Of a stretch of 28,991 bases of DNA, positions 1-10,901 are shown one piece after another (position 1 is the stretch's first letter; the number at the start of each line of letters is the position of its first letter). The stretch lies in contig NW_021833156.1 in assembly GCF_006345805.1 (NCBI RefSeq), forward strand, positions 1-28,991, given 5' to 3'. The notes beneath the pieces are model-generated. The model ran no database searches. It was not told the origin of the DNA and saw only the letters and a program-made list of their open reading frames with translations. This stretch comes from Octopus sinensis. Its lineage: Eukaryota. A program made the position numbers and the translations under genes.

Positions 1-360
1 TAGCCCCACGTGGCTAGTAAAGAATAGGTATTTCGTCTGCCGCTACGTTTTGAGTTCAATTCCTGCCTTTCATCCTTCGGGGTCGATTAAATAAGTACCA
101 GTTACGCACTGGGGTTGATATAATCGACTTAATCTGTTTGTCTGTCCTTTTTTGTCCTCTCTGTGTTTTAGCCTCTTGTGAGTAGTAAAGAATTAGGAAT
201 TCCGTGTGTCTTTACGTTCTGAGTTCAAATTCCACTGAGATCGACGTTGCCTTTCATCCTTTCGGGGTCGATAAATTAAGTACCAACTGTGTACTGGGAT
301 CGACCTAATCGACTGGCCCCCTCTCCAAATATTTCGAGCCTTGTGCCTAGAGTAGAATAT
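1..360 (+). mobile_element. SINE family A concatemer (octopus-type tRNA-derived SINE), tail of one unit plus two further internally started units
   Basis: B-box-like gagttcaaattcc, body gcctttcatcctttcggggtcgataaattaagtacc repeated at about 65 and 255; same family at 10397, 13490 and 21660. Confidence 0.85.
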
Positions 361-404
361 ATGATAGTCTCAGTACTGGTAGTGATGGTGACCTGGTGGC
401 GCTG

Positions 405-453
<49 letters not shown>

Positions 454-462
454 ATATATATA

Positions 463-1571
463 TCTGGTTGACATCCAAGTTCCCGCCGTTTTCTTTTTAA
501 ATTTTGGAATCTATTTTGTTTTTGTTATTTTTTTTTCGAGTTACTTTTCGATAATTTAGAAAAACGAGCATTTTCGACACCTCCTTTTTGCTTTTAATCA
601 AGGTTCTAAGGCCGCAAAAGCTGCTCGCAACATTTGTGCTGTGTATGGAGAGGGTGCCAAAACTGAAAGAACCGCTCATTCTGACAGTCCAATTGAGTTC
701 GATGAAGAGCAATTAAACCAACTTATGCACGAAAATTCTCCTCAAACGACAAGGGGAACTAGCAGAGAAAATGGAATGCTCCCACACTGCTATAGAGAAG
801 CATCTTCACTCGATAGGAAAGGTTCAGAAGTATGAAGCCTGGGTTCCGCATGCTTTAAGTGACAACAACAAAAATCAACGAGCCACAATCTCCGCTGGTT
901 TTCTTGCTCGTCACCGCTCAATTCATGGACACAAGCAAGGATTTTTTTACCAAATCCTTACTGGCAACGAAAAATGGTGCCTGTACATCAATATGAAGCA
1001 GCGTAAGGAATGGCTTAGCCTCGGTGAACAAGCGACACCGCGCGTGAAACAAGACATTCATCCACGTAAAACGATGTTTTGCGGATGGTGGGGCTGGGAA
1101 GGTATTATCCATTCCGAATTGCATGAATGGAACCAAACGGTCAACGCGGAACTCTATGTTCAACAGATGGAACGACTCAACATGGCTATTCAAGAGAAAA
1201 TACATAATCGGCAACTTGGAGTTCTTCTGCTGGACGACAACGCCCGCCCTCATGTCACCAATATGACCAAAGAAGCCATTCAAACGCATAGTTGGGAAGT
1301 GCTAACACACCCGCCGTAATCTCCTGATTTGGCACCAACGGATTTCCACCTCTTTCGATCTCTTTCAAATGCTATGCGCGGAGTTTCGCTCAGTACTGGT
1401 GCACAATTGAGAGTTTGGCTGGGTCAAATTTACGGGTCAAAATCGGGTGATTTCTACCAACGAGGTATTGAAAATCTTGTTGGACGTTGGGAAGAAGTTG
1501 TAAACAACAAGGGTGAATACTTTAAAAAAATTAAATTTAAAATAACGGATGGAACTTGGTTGCCAACCTAA
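463..1571 (+). mobile_element. Mariner (DD34D) DNA transposon, defective, 1109 bp
   Basis: Degenerate TIRs tctggttgacatccaagttcccgccgtt (463) and aacggatggaacttggttgccaacctaa (to 1571), flanked by TA. Motifs WVPHAL, TGNEKW (catalytic D changed to N), DNARPH and HPP*SPDLAPTDFHLF; in-frame stop at 1317-1319; N-terminal frameshift and deletion. Confidence 0.95.
771..1571 (+). pseudogene. Mariner transposase pseudogene; ORFs 771..1319 and 1329..1571 are one frame broken by a TAA where Tyr of YSPDLAP is expected
   Basis: 1320 onward reads tct cct gat ttg gca cca acg gat (SPDLAPTD) in the same frame as 771. Confidence 0.92.
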
Positions 1572-1699
1572 TACACACACACGCACATACAAACATGTAT
1601 ATATATGATATTTATTTTAAAAAAAGTTTGTATACAATATATATCAATGATATTTAATCACCGATTTTGAAGCGACAATTTTTAAATATAAACAAATGA

Positions 1700-1770
1700 T
1701 CCGAAAAATTATGCACTAACCTCAGGCTGAATCGAACTCACAAATCGTAGACGTCATGGCTCCTTGCGAA

Positions 1771-1775
<5 letters not shown>
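1700..1775 (-). mobile_element. Possible isolated tRNA-derived SINE head fragment
   Basis: Minus strand reads gtgagttcgattcagcctgagg (B-box-like); no body recognised. Confidence 0.3.
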
Positions 1776-1815
<40 letters not shown>

Positions 1816-1827
1816 TATATATATATA

Positions 1828-2245
1828 TACTCTTTTACTCTTTTACTCTTTTACTTGTTTCAGTCATTTGACTGCGGCCATGCTGGAGCACCGCCTTTAG
1901 TCGAGCAAATCGACCCTAGGACTTATTCTTTGTAAGCCCAGTACTTATTCTATCGGTCTCTTTTGCCGAACCGCTAAGTGACGGGGACGTAAACACACCA
2001 GCATCGGTTGTCAAGCAATGCTAGGGGGACAAACACAGACACACAAACACACACATACATATATATATATATACATATATACGACAGGCTTCTTTCAGTT
2101 TCCGTCTACCAAATCCACTCACAAGGCATTGGTCGGCCCGGGGCTATAGCAGAAGACACTTACCCAAGATGCCACGCAGTGGGACTGAACCCGGAGCCAT
2201 GTGGTTGGTTAGCAAGCTACTTACCACACAGCCACTCCTGTGCCT
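1828..2245 (-). mobile_element. SINE family B, full length (tRNA head, CORE-like segment, microsatellite linker, tactctt tail)
   Basis: Minus strand head aggcacaggagtggctgtgtggtaag with ggttcagtccc B box; tail (tactctt)x3 on the plus strand. Confidence 0.9.
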
Positions 2246-2313
2246 AATATAATATATATATATATTATATATATATATATATAATATATATATATATATG
2301 TTACCATATTAGT

Positions 2314-2572
2314 GAAAGCGCATAGATCAATGTTTAGAGCGTTGGGTTCACAATCATGAGGTAGTGAGTTTGATTCCCAGATGAGGCTGTGTGTTGTCTT
2401 CGTAAGACATTGTATTTCAAATTGCTCTAGTTCACTCAGCTGTAGAAATGAGATGCGACGTCGCTGTTGCCAAGCTGTATCCATGGGTGATTGCTGGTCT
2501 TCCATAAACAACCTTGCCCGGGCTTTCTAGGTGCAATCCCGCTTCCTATGTGCAACCCCATGGTCATTAATG
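2314..2572 (+). mobile_element. SINE family C, degenerate and internally deleted
   Basis: Head with gagtttgattccc; body cagctgtagaaatgagatgcgacgtc and ccataaacaaccttgcccgg matches the reverse complement of 6615-6973 and 19929-20261. Confidence 0.8.
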
Positions 2573-2929
2573 GTTTTTACCCACTATTACCCTATCAACC
2601 ACCAACACTCTTGAAACCAATCGGTACACAGCTGTTGCTGGAACATATTGATGCAATATTCTTTGTAATGTGTAAATATTTTCTCTCAGTAAATATTTTC
2701 TCTCCTTAACTTCGCGAGCAGATTGATCCGTTGATCGTAAAACCTGGGGTTAGGCTAATGCAGTTGATCGAATCACCTAAAGACAGGCCAATACAGCAAG
2801 TTAATACAAAAAAATATCTCAGGACGAACGCAGCAATTACTGACCTATCGACAATATGTACATTACGTACGGTAACTAGATAGCTATTTTAATTAAATAC
2901 AACCTCAGTTGCGTATACGGGATGCATAT

Positions 2930-3016
2930 AATATTTTGCTTTCGTTTTCTCACAGAAAATTGTCGCAAATTTGAAAACTCGTAAATCGAAAAATCGTAAA
3001 GCGAGATCTTCCTGTA
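2930..3016. mobile_element. Possible pogo/Tigger-like TIR end (one end only)
   Basis: Reverse complement reads ta-caggaagatctcgctttacgatttttcgatttacgag, resembling Tigger-type termini; no partner TIR found. Confidence 0.35.
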
Positions 3017-3330
3017 TCCTTCGTTTGATAAATGCTTAGAAATAAGCGCTGGACAACATGGCGTTGCAGAAATATTTTCTTCCAACGCTCATCACATGTC
3101 ACCTATGAAACACGCTACGTGTCACTGTTGACAGCCAACCGTGTTATCGTCTCAGCATCACAAATCTGGGACTGCATTATCTAATGTGAGACTTCGTTGG
3201 TTTTAAAAGAATTTTACAATACGATTTCAGATGTGAGACAATACGGCTGTTATTAAACAAATCTCATATAGAATCTTTCCTGGGATTGTTGGGCTAGTGG
3301 CCGGAATTTTGCCAACAAAAAGGCAGATCC

Positions 3331-3348
3331 TTAATAATGATGATGATG

Positions 3349-3412
<64 letters not shown>

Positions 3413-3538
3413 TGATGTTGATGATAATAATGATAATAATAATAATTATAATAACAACAACAATAATAACAACAACAATAATAACAATAACAACAACAAC
3501 AACAATAATTATAATAATAATAATAATAATAATAATAA

Positions 3539-3578
<40 letters not shown>

Positions 3579-3625
3579 TAATAATAAATAATAATAATAA
3601 TAATATAATAATAATAATAATAATT
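3331..3625. repeat. (AAT)n/(AAC)n microsatellite
   Basis: Directly visible; source of the poly-N, poly-I and poly-Y ORFs. Confidence 0.98.
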
Positions 3626-3958
3626 AAGGCCAACAGGCCAGATATAGTTGTCAGAGATCATGAAGAAAAAAAATGCTTTCTAATTGATGTATCAATACCG
3701 GCAGATGACAACGTGTCTCTAAAAGAAATGGAGAAACTCTCTAAATACAAAGACCTGGAAATAGAGGTAACTAGAATGTGGAATCTGAAAACAGAAACAA
3801 TTCCTATCATAGTAGGTGCATTAGGCATGATAAAGAAATATTCAGACAAATACATAACAAAAACACCAGGACTTACAAACACATATAACATACAGAAAAT
3901 TGCACTACTAGGCACCGCACACATCCTACGCAGAACACTTTCCATACAATAACCATCT
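3623..3958 (+). mobile_element. 5'-truncated non-LTR retrotransposon end with restriction-like endonuclease (R4/Dong-like)
   Basis: Open frame 3623-3952: IKANRPDIVVRDHEEKKCFLIDVSIPADDNVSLKEMEKLSKYKDLEIEVTRMW...IIVGALG...QKIALLGTAHILRR, with a PD..D..K RLE motif; abuts a TAA repeat. Confidence 0.85.
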
Positions 3959-4223
3959 TTTTCTTCTTCTTCTTCTTCTCCTTTTTTCTTTTTCTTCTTC
4001 TTCTTCTTCTTCTTTTTCCTTTTCTTTTTCTTCTTCTTCTTTTTCCTTTTCTTTTCTTCTTCTTCTTCCCCTTCTTCTTCTTCTTATTCGTCTTCTTCTT
4101 CTTCTTCTTCTTTCTTCTTCTTCTTTTTCCTTTTCTTTTTCTTCTACTTCTTCTTCTCCCCTTCTTCTTCTTCCTCTTCTTCTTCTTCCTCTTCTTCTTC
4201 CCCTTCTTCTTCTTCTTCTTCCC

Positions 4224-4255
<32 letters not shown>

Positions 4256-4400
4256 CCTTCTTCTTCTTCTTCTTCTTCTTCCCCTTCTTCTTCTTCTTCT
4301 TCTTCTTCTTCTTCTTCCCCTTCTTCCTCTTCTTCTCTTCTTCTTCTTCTTCTTCTCTTCTTCTTCTTCCTCTCCCTCTTCTTCTTACTCTCCCTCTTCT
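3957..4400. repeat. (CTT)n/(CTC)n pyrimidine microsatellite
   Basis: Directly visible. Confidence 0.98.
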
Positions 4401-4637
4401 TCATCATCAAATTCCTCAAACACTTTGTCAAAAGCGTCCCATTCCTCCGTCATCAACCTGTATGTAAGGAGTGTAGGACAAAATCCACCTAAGACAAAAC
4501 CCCTTTGGAAAATAAAGGGATCCTGACCACAAAAAAACACAAGAAATTTTTAAATCGTAATTTTTTCCCTATTATTTATGGTTTATGAACCCTTCTCTGC
4601 GATATAAAATATTACATTCATTACGTAATACTATTTC

Positions 4638-4863
4638 ACTCTTTTACTTGTTTCAGGCTTTTGACTGTGGCCATGCTGGAGCACCGCCTTTTTCGGTCGA
4701 GCAAACCGACCCCAGGACTTATTACTTGTAAGCCTAGCACTTATTCTATCGGTCTCTTCTGCCGAACCGCTAATTTACGGGGACGTAAACACACAAGCAT
4801 CGGTTGTCAAACGATGTTGGGGGGACAAACACAGACTCACAAACATATATACACACATATATA
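4638..4863 (-). mobile_element. SINE family B 3' half, local tandem duplicate of 4864-5091
   Basis: Shares private variants with the next copy (caggcttttgactgtgg, ctaatttacgggg, cagactcacaaac); period about 221 bp. Confidence 0.85.
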
Positions 4864-5343
4864 TTTACTTGTTTCAGGCTTTTGACTGTGGCCATGCTGG
4901 AGCACCGCCTTTTTTGTCAAGCAAATCGACCCCAGGACTTATTCTTTGTAAGCCTAGTACTTATTCTATCGGTCTCTTCTGCCGAACCGCTAATTTACGG
5001 GGACGTAAACACACAAGCATTGGTTGTCAAACGATGTTGGGGGAACAAACACAGACTCACAAACATATATACACACATATATATATATATACCTTCGAAA
5101 CACGCAATGAGTCAAAAAGGGGTCAGTTGAAGAAGGAGAATGTTCTTTGGGTTGTTTGTCTTGTACTCTGTTTCTTCGTTGTTAAAAAAAAGTCCGTTTC
5201 CTTGTTTTGTTTTTATGTTTTTGTTTCTCGTTGTGTTCTAGTTCTTTTGTGGTGTCCTGTAGCCATATATGCATCTATATATACATATAGATATAGGTAT
5301 GTACATATATGTATGTATGCATATGTTTTATTTATTAAATTGT

Positions 5344-5397
<54 letters not shown>

Positions 5398-5568
5398 ATG
5401 TATACGACGAGCTTCTTTCAGTTTCCGTCTACCAAATCCACTCACAAGGTTTTGGTCGGCCCGAGGCTATAGTAGAAGACACTTGCCCAAGGTGCCACGC
5501 AGTGGTACTGAACCCGGAACCATGTGGTTCGTAAGCAAGCCAGTTACCACACAGCCACTCCTATGCCT
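4864..5568 (-). mobile_element. SINE family B split in its microsatellite linker by an insertion of about 300 bp (5092-5400)
   Basis: Tail 4864-5091 and head 5400-5568 (cagccactcctatgcct) are colinear with the copy at 1828-2245. Confidence 0.85.
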
Positions 5569-6234
5569 ATATTGTTATCTTTAGAGATGGTCATATTTTT
5601 GCCAACGAACTACACGCACTGTGTACTTGATATATATCGACACAAAGGGACACTGATACACGATTAGCAATTCAGACGAAATACTTCTTAAGCTCTCTGA
5701 CAAAACGTCATGGCATCGATATTGTACTCTTTCCCCCTTCGCTCTATTTATTTTAACGGTAAGGAGATATTCATTGTATTTTTTGCCAATATACTTTATT
5801 TTAACTTTACTTTGTTGGTTTTTCCCCATTTTGTAATTATTATTGTTTTTTTTTTGGGGGGGGGAGGGTTATTATTAATGTTGCTTTTGTTCTTATCTTC
5901 TTCACTTTGTACTTTTGGTCTTTATTCTACAACCCTCTTTAAAAATTTTATTAACCTTATTATTGCATCTTTACAAATGATAGCTTGGTCTCATATTTTA
6001 CGATCACACACTGAAGTATTATTAGTCGTGTTGTTACTTTACTAGTTATAGCTTATTTATGATCTCTGATTACTATTTTTAAAGATTACTGTAAACTATT
6101 TATGTTTATATTAATTCGAGGCAAATCGATTCTGATACTTTAGGTTAAAATAATTAGTGTTTCCCTCGCTGTAGTTTATTTTGTATATTTTCAAATACTT
6201 CCCATAAACAATTTTACTCAAACTAGAGTAGTAA

Positions 6235-6570
6235 TTGCTGAAGTATAATAGCAATCTGTCACTGATCACTAAGAGATAGTAGGATACCAAATTGTTTTAC
6301 CGGATGTCAGTTCTTTTCAAATCCTTGACACGCGATAACACTGGTTTAAGGCTGGTGACTTAAAACGGATGACTTCGTTCTGTAATAATGCCACTTTGAC
6401 CATAAACCTTTATTAATTTTCGTTGGAAGTTGGTTTGTTGAGGCTCCGAAGAAGATATCGTATGGTGGCGGTTCCTTATATTTACAGTTAATCTATTGAT
6501 TGACTAGTAAGATTGAACAATGAACACAAACACACCCAAAGGCATATTCGAAACGGCTGTAAGCCTTATT
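6235..6570 (+). mobile_element. Penelope-like element 3' remnant (decayed GIY-YIG C-terminus followed by a hammerhead-like fold)
   Basis: Broken translation QSVTDH*EIVGYQIVLPDVSSFQILD...HKPLL resembles PLE endonuclease C-termini (H..F.ILD..KP.LN); hammerhead-like motif at 6441-6566. Confidence 0.5.
6441..6566 (+). ncRNA. Degenerate type I hammerhead ribozyme-like fold
   Basis: aggct-CCGAAGA-a-gatat...atattc-GAAAC-ggct-GTA-agcct; stem I aggct/agcct is perfect; core U4 is changed to C. Confidence 0.55.
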
Positions 6571-6614
6571 GTAAATAACTAAATATATAGAACCCGTTAT
6601 GAATATCTATTGAT

Positions 6615-6973
6615 GAGACCCCCTTCGGTCATGACTGACCGTTTGATTGCACCTAGAAAGTTACCCTCCCAGGCAAAAGTCCGGGCAAGATTGTTTATGG
6701 GAGACCAGCCGTCGCCCATGCATACCGGCCTCCCCTCTTCACGCCACCGGTGTTATCTAAGGGAAAGGCAAAGGCCGATACAGCCTGGCACCTTGACGTC
6801 GCAACTCATTTCTACAGCTGTGTCGACTGGAGCAACGTGAATTAAAGTGTCTTGCTCAAGAACACAACATGCAGCCCGGCTTTCCAGCCATATTGTTCTA
6901 GGTTTAGTCACACTGCGTGGAACCTATGGTCCTGGGCCCATCAAACGTCCTAACCACTGAGCCATGTGCCTTC
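6615..6973 (-). mobile_element. SINE family C with a foreign 67-bp segment in its tRNA head
   Basis: Colinear with 19929-20261 except for 6879-6945. Confidence 0.9.
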
Positions 6974-7039
6974 ACAAATATCTATTATATTTACATATAT
7001 ATGTGTGTGTGTGTATCACACACACACACACACATATAT

Positions 7040-7206
7040 ATATACATATATTTCTATTTTCTATTTTATCGTCCTGTTTATTTCTGTGTTCCTTTCTGTT
7101 GAAGAGCGTAGGCTCAAAACGTAAAAGACTTTCTCACTTCCTGGGCGTTAAATTAATACATCTGTTTGTTGTTTACACCACCTGTCTTCGTCTTTTATTT
7201 TCTGTA

Positions 7207-7210
<4 letters not shown>
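7040..7210 (+). mobile_element. Penelope-type terminal repeat fragment with a minimal hammerhead relic (7092-7127)
   Basis: cttt-CTGTTGA-a-gagc gtag gctc-AAAAC-GTA-aaag: stems I and II pair, core has two substitutions. Confidence 0.5.
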
Positions 7211-7451
<241 letters not shown>

Positions 7452-7644
7452 CCCCACATCTGTCGCCACTTAATGTTTGAAAATCAAAATATTTGGTTAA
7501 GCTTTTAAAAATGAACCCTCTGAAAGATTCCCAGGGCATTTTTAACTTCTCATTCTATACTTCTACTCCTGTGGAATAAAATTAAATTTCCTTCCTTCAA
7601 ACAACGCGCGCAAACAGGCGCGCACAAGAAACGCACACATATAT

Positions 7645-7791
7645 ATATGAGACGGGCTTCTTTCACTTTTCTCCTATGGAATTCAATCACAAAGCTTTGA
7701 TGGGTCCGGGGCCATAGGTTCCACGCAGTGTTACTAAACCCGGAACAATATGGCTGGAAAGCAAACTTCTTCACCCACAGCCATTCCTGCG
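7645..7791 (-). mobile_element. SINE family B head, degenerate, with a private internal deletion
   Basis: gggcttctttcac...ggggccataggttccacgcagtg...cacagccattcctgcgcc; lacks the agaagacacttgcccaagg segment seen in other copies. Confidence 0.75.
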
Positions 7792-7954
7792 CCGTTTGAT
7801 GCAGCGCAAGAAGGCCAAGCGAGGCGGATGGAATGCGATTTCCCTTTTATGGGAAAAACCAGCTTTGGAAAGACTGTTGCATTTAATATCCTGGATATTT
7901 CAATGCCTTTCGCCTTCTTTTATTTATATGTGCGGTTCTTACTCTCCTGGGGAG

Positions 7955-8730
7955 AAGAAGGAAAAGGAGGAGGGGAGGACGGAGGGGAAGAAGGAGGGGA
8001 GGGGAGAAAGATGATGAGAATGAGGAGGAAGGGGGGAGGAAGAAGAAGAGGAAGAGGATGAGAAAGGGAGGAGGTGTAGGACGAGGAAGAGGAGAAGGAC
8101 GAGGAAGAGGAAGAGGAAGAGAAAGGGAGGAGGTGTAGGACGAGGAAGAGGACGAGGACGAGGAAGTGGAAGTGGAAGAGAAAGGGAGGAGGTGTAGGAC
8201 GAGGAAGAGGACGAGGACGAGGAAGAGGAAGAAGAAGAGGAAGAGGAAAAGGTGGAGGACGAGGAGGCGGAAGAGGAGAAGGAGGAGGAAGAAGGAGGAG
8301 GAAGAAGAGGAAGAGGAGGAGGAGGAGAAGGACGAGAAGGAGGACGAGGAAGAGGAATAGGAAGAGAAAGGGAGGAGGTGTAGGACGAGGAAGAGGAGGA
8401 CGAGGAAGAGGAAGAAGAAGAGGAAGAGGTGGAGGACGAGGAGGCGGAAGAGGAGAAGGAGGAGGAGGAAGAGGAGAAGGAGGAGGAGAAGGAGGAGGAG
8501 AAGAGAAGGAGGAGGATGAAGAGGAAGAGGAGGAGGAGGAGGAGGAAGAAGAAGAAGAAGAAGAAGAAGAAGAAGAAGAAGAAGAAGGAGAAGAAGAAGA
8601 AGAAGAAGAAGGAGAAGAAGAAGAAGAAGAAGAAGAAGAAGAAGAAGAAGAAGAAGAAGAAGAAGAAGAAGAAGGAGAAGATGAAGAAGAAGAAGAAGAA
8701 CAACAACAAGGAGAATGACAATAAGAAGAT
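7955..8730. repeat. Purine-rich (GAG/GAA/AAG)n low-complexity tract containing a roughly 58-bp higher-order unit
   Basis: gagaaagggaggaggtgtaggacgaggaagagg recurs near 8060, 8120, 8178 and 8364. Confidence 0.95.
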
Positions 8731-8809
8731 ATATTCGATGGCAACAAATTAAAGCTCACTCAACAATGTCGAAATCCTGTCCCCAGCGAAATTTTCTATC
8801 AAACAAAGA

Positions 8810-9364
8810 ACAAGAAAAAGAGACGAAAGAGAGAAACCGTGGGGGGGAGGGAGGGAGGGAGAGAGAGAAGGAAAGAGAGAGAGAGGGAGAGAGAGAGACA
8901 TACAGAGACAGAGAGAAAGAGAGGGAGAAAGAGGGAAAGAAGGAAACGTTACAACTGAGATTTGGCTTCTGATTATATGGAAAGTAATTTTCTGAGCGCT
9001 ATAATCAATGGAGATGTGTGTGCGTGCGTGCGTGCGTGTGTGCGTGTGTGTGTGTGTTTGTGCGTGTGTGTTTATGAGCGCATGGGCACCCGCATACGTA
9101 AGTATATGAACAAACTGTCGCTTAAGCGTACGCACATGGTTACGCACTCGCGCACACGCACTCGCATGTGTGTTCAATAGAATACAAACCTTTTTAGAAG
9201 CGCATAGACACACGCACATCTCTGTGGGTATGCGGGTATGTATTCCTGCGTATATACAGGTATATTATATGCATATGTATGCTTACACCACACACCACAC
9301 ACACACACACACACACAACACAAACGTGTGTATATATATGTAGAGATGTAGATTCTCATATGCA

Positions 9365-9412
<48 letters not shown>

Positions 9413-9870
9413 ATATTACATACACATATATACATATATATACATGCACACTTATATTACATATATATATATGTATATATTATATATATATATATATACA
9501 CGTACATATAGATACACGTACATATAGATACCTGTACATACATTTTCATATATATATATATATATGTGTGTGTGTGCGTGTGTTAGTGTTGTGTGCGTCT
9601 TTATGTCTATGTGCAAGTATATGTATATGAATATATACATACATACATACATCCATACATCCATACATACATACATACATACATCCATCCATACATACAT
9701 ACATAGATACATACATACAAAGACAAATCTCTGTTACATAAGAAAAACGTGGAAGTCTTGAAACTCATAATGAAATTAGCAAAATGAAGCGACAAATGAA
9801 GAAAGAAAGAAAGAAAGAAAGAAGGAAAGAAAGAAAGAAAGAAAGAAAGAAAGAAATGAAAAAAGAAAGG
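8810..9870. repeat. Cluster of (GA)n, (GT)n, (CA)n, (TA)n, (CATA)n and (GAAA)n microsatellites
   Basis: Directly visible. Confidence 0.93.
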
Positions 9871-10396
9871 AAAAGACAGATAGATATATTAGAGAGATAG
9901 AGGGGGAGTGAGAGAGGAAGAGAAAGGAGAAAAGCAGAAGCAAAGGACTAAAAACAAATGCATGGAAGAAGAGAAGATGGTTTAGAAGAAAAAAGAAGCC
10001 ATGAAGACAAAAGAAGTAAAACAATAAAATAAAATCAAAAACGGTTGAAAGGTAAAAGAAAAACTTATTAAAGATGGTGACAAGCATTTTATCACAACTG
10101 AATGTTTAGTGTAGCGGAAAATAGCATTTTATGTGTGGGATGTTTTCTCTGTATTGTTGTCGTTGTTGTTGCTGCAGCTTTCTCGTTTCATGTTAGTTCG
10201 TCCGACCCAGTGAAGACCCATCTTAGCTGTCCGATGGCGGCCATGCTTTGTGAGTGTACAGAAATTGTTAGTTCAGACCAGTCCGGGTACGGAGCCAGTC
10301 TCTCGCGGCGTGAACTGGATTTGCAGGCGGTTGAACCGTCAGATTTAAGGGATCTCACTTTCCAGAAACACCTTTACCCCTTTAATCAGTAAATTC

Positions 10397-10805
10397 AAAG
10401 GTGGCAAGCTGGCAGAAACGTTAGCACCCCGGGCGAAATGTTTAGCGGTATTTCCTCTGCCGCTACGTTCTGAGTTCAAATTCCGTCGAGGTTGACTTTA
10501 CTTCTCATCATTTCGAGGTCGATAAATTAAGTACCAGTTACGCACTGGGGTCGATATAATCGACTTAATCCGTTTGAAAGTCCTTGTTTGACCTCTCTGT
10601 TTAGCCCCTTGTGGGTAGTAAAGAAATAGGTATTTCTCCCGTCGCTTACGTTCTGAGTTCAAATTCCACCGAGGTCGACTTTGCCTTTCATCCTTTCGGG
10701 GTCGATAAATTAAGGACCAGTGACGCACTGGAGTCGATATAATCGACTTATTACGTTTGTCCCCCCTGTGTGTAGACCCTTCTGGGCAGTCAAGAAATAA
10801 AGAAA
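10397..10805 (+). mobile_element. SINE family A dimer with a 14-bp TSD
   Basis: TSD taatcagtaaattc at 10383-10396 and 10806-10819; the second unit restarts at ggtatttc (about 10629). Confidence 0.9.
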
Positions 10806-10901
10806 TAATCAGTAAATTCCAAGACCAAACCTTCACGGCTGTTGGACTGCTTCTTGAGGAACACTGATCTTCATACCATTAACCAGTTTACCTGCTTTTC
10901 C

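Noticed and set aside
3297-3633. Poly-Asn, poly-Ile and poly-Tyr ORFs
   Set aside because: They are translations of the AAT microsatellite.
4869-5534. 221-aa ORF
   Set aside because: It is a chance antisense frame through SINE B, the insert and microsatellite; similar peptides recur at every SINE B copy.
7920-8759. Long Ser/Pro-rich, Phe-rich and Glu/Lys-rich ORFs (up to 279 aa)
   Set aside because: They are stop-free by composition of the GA-rich repeat, with no domain signal.
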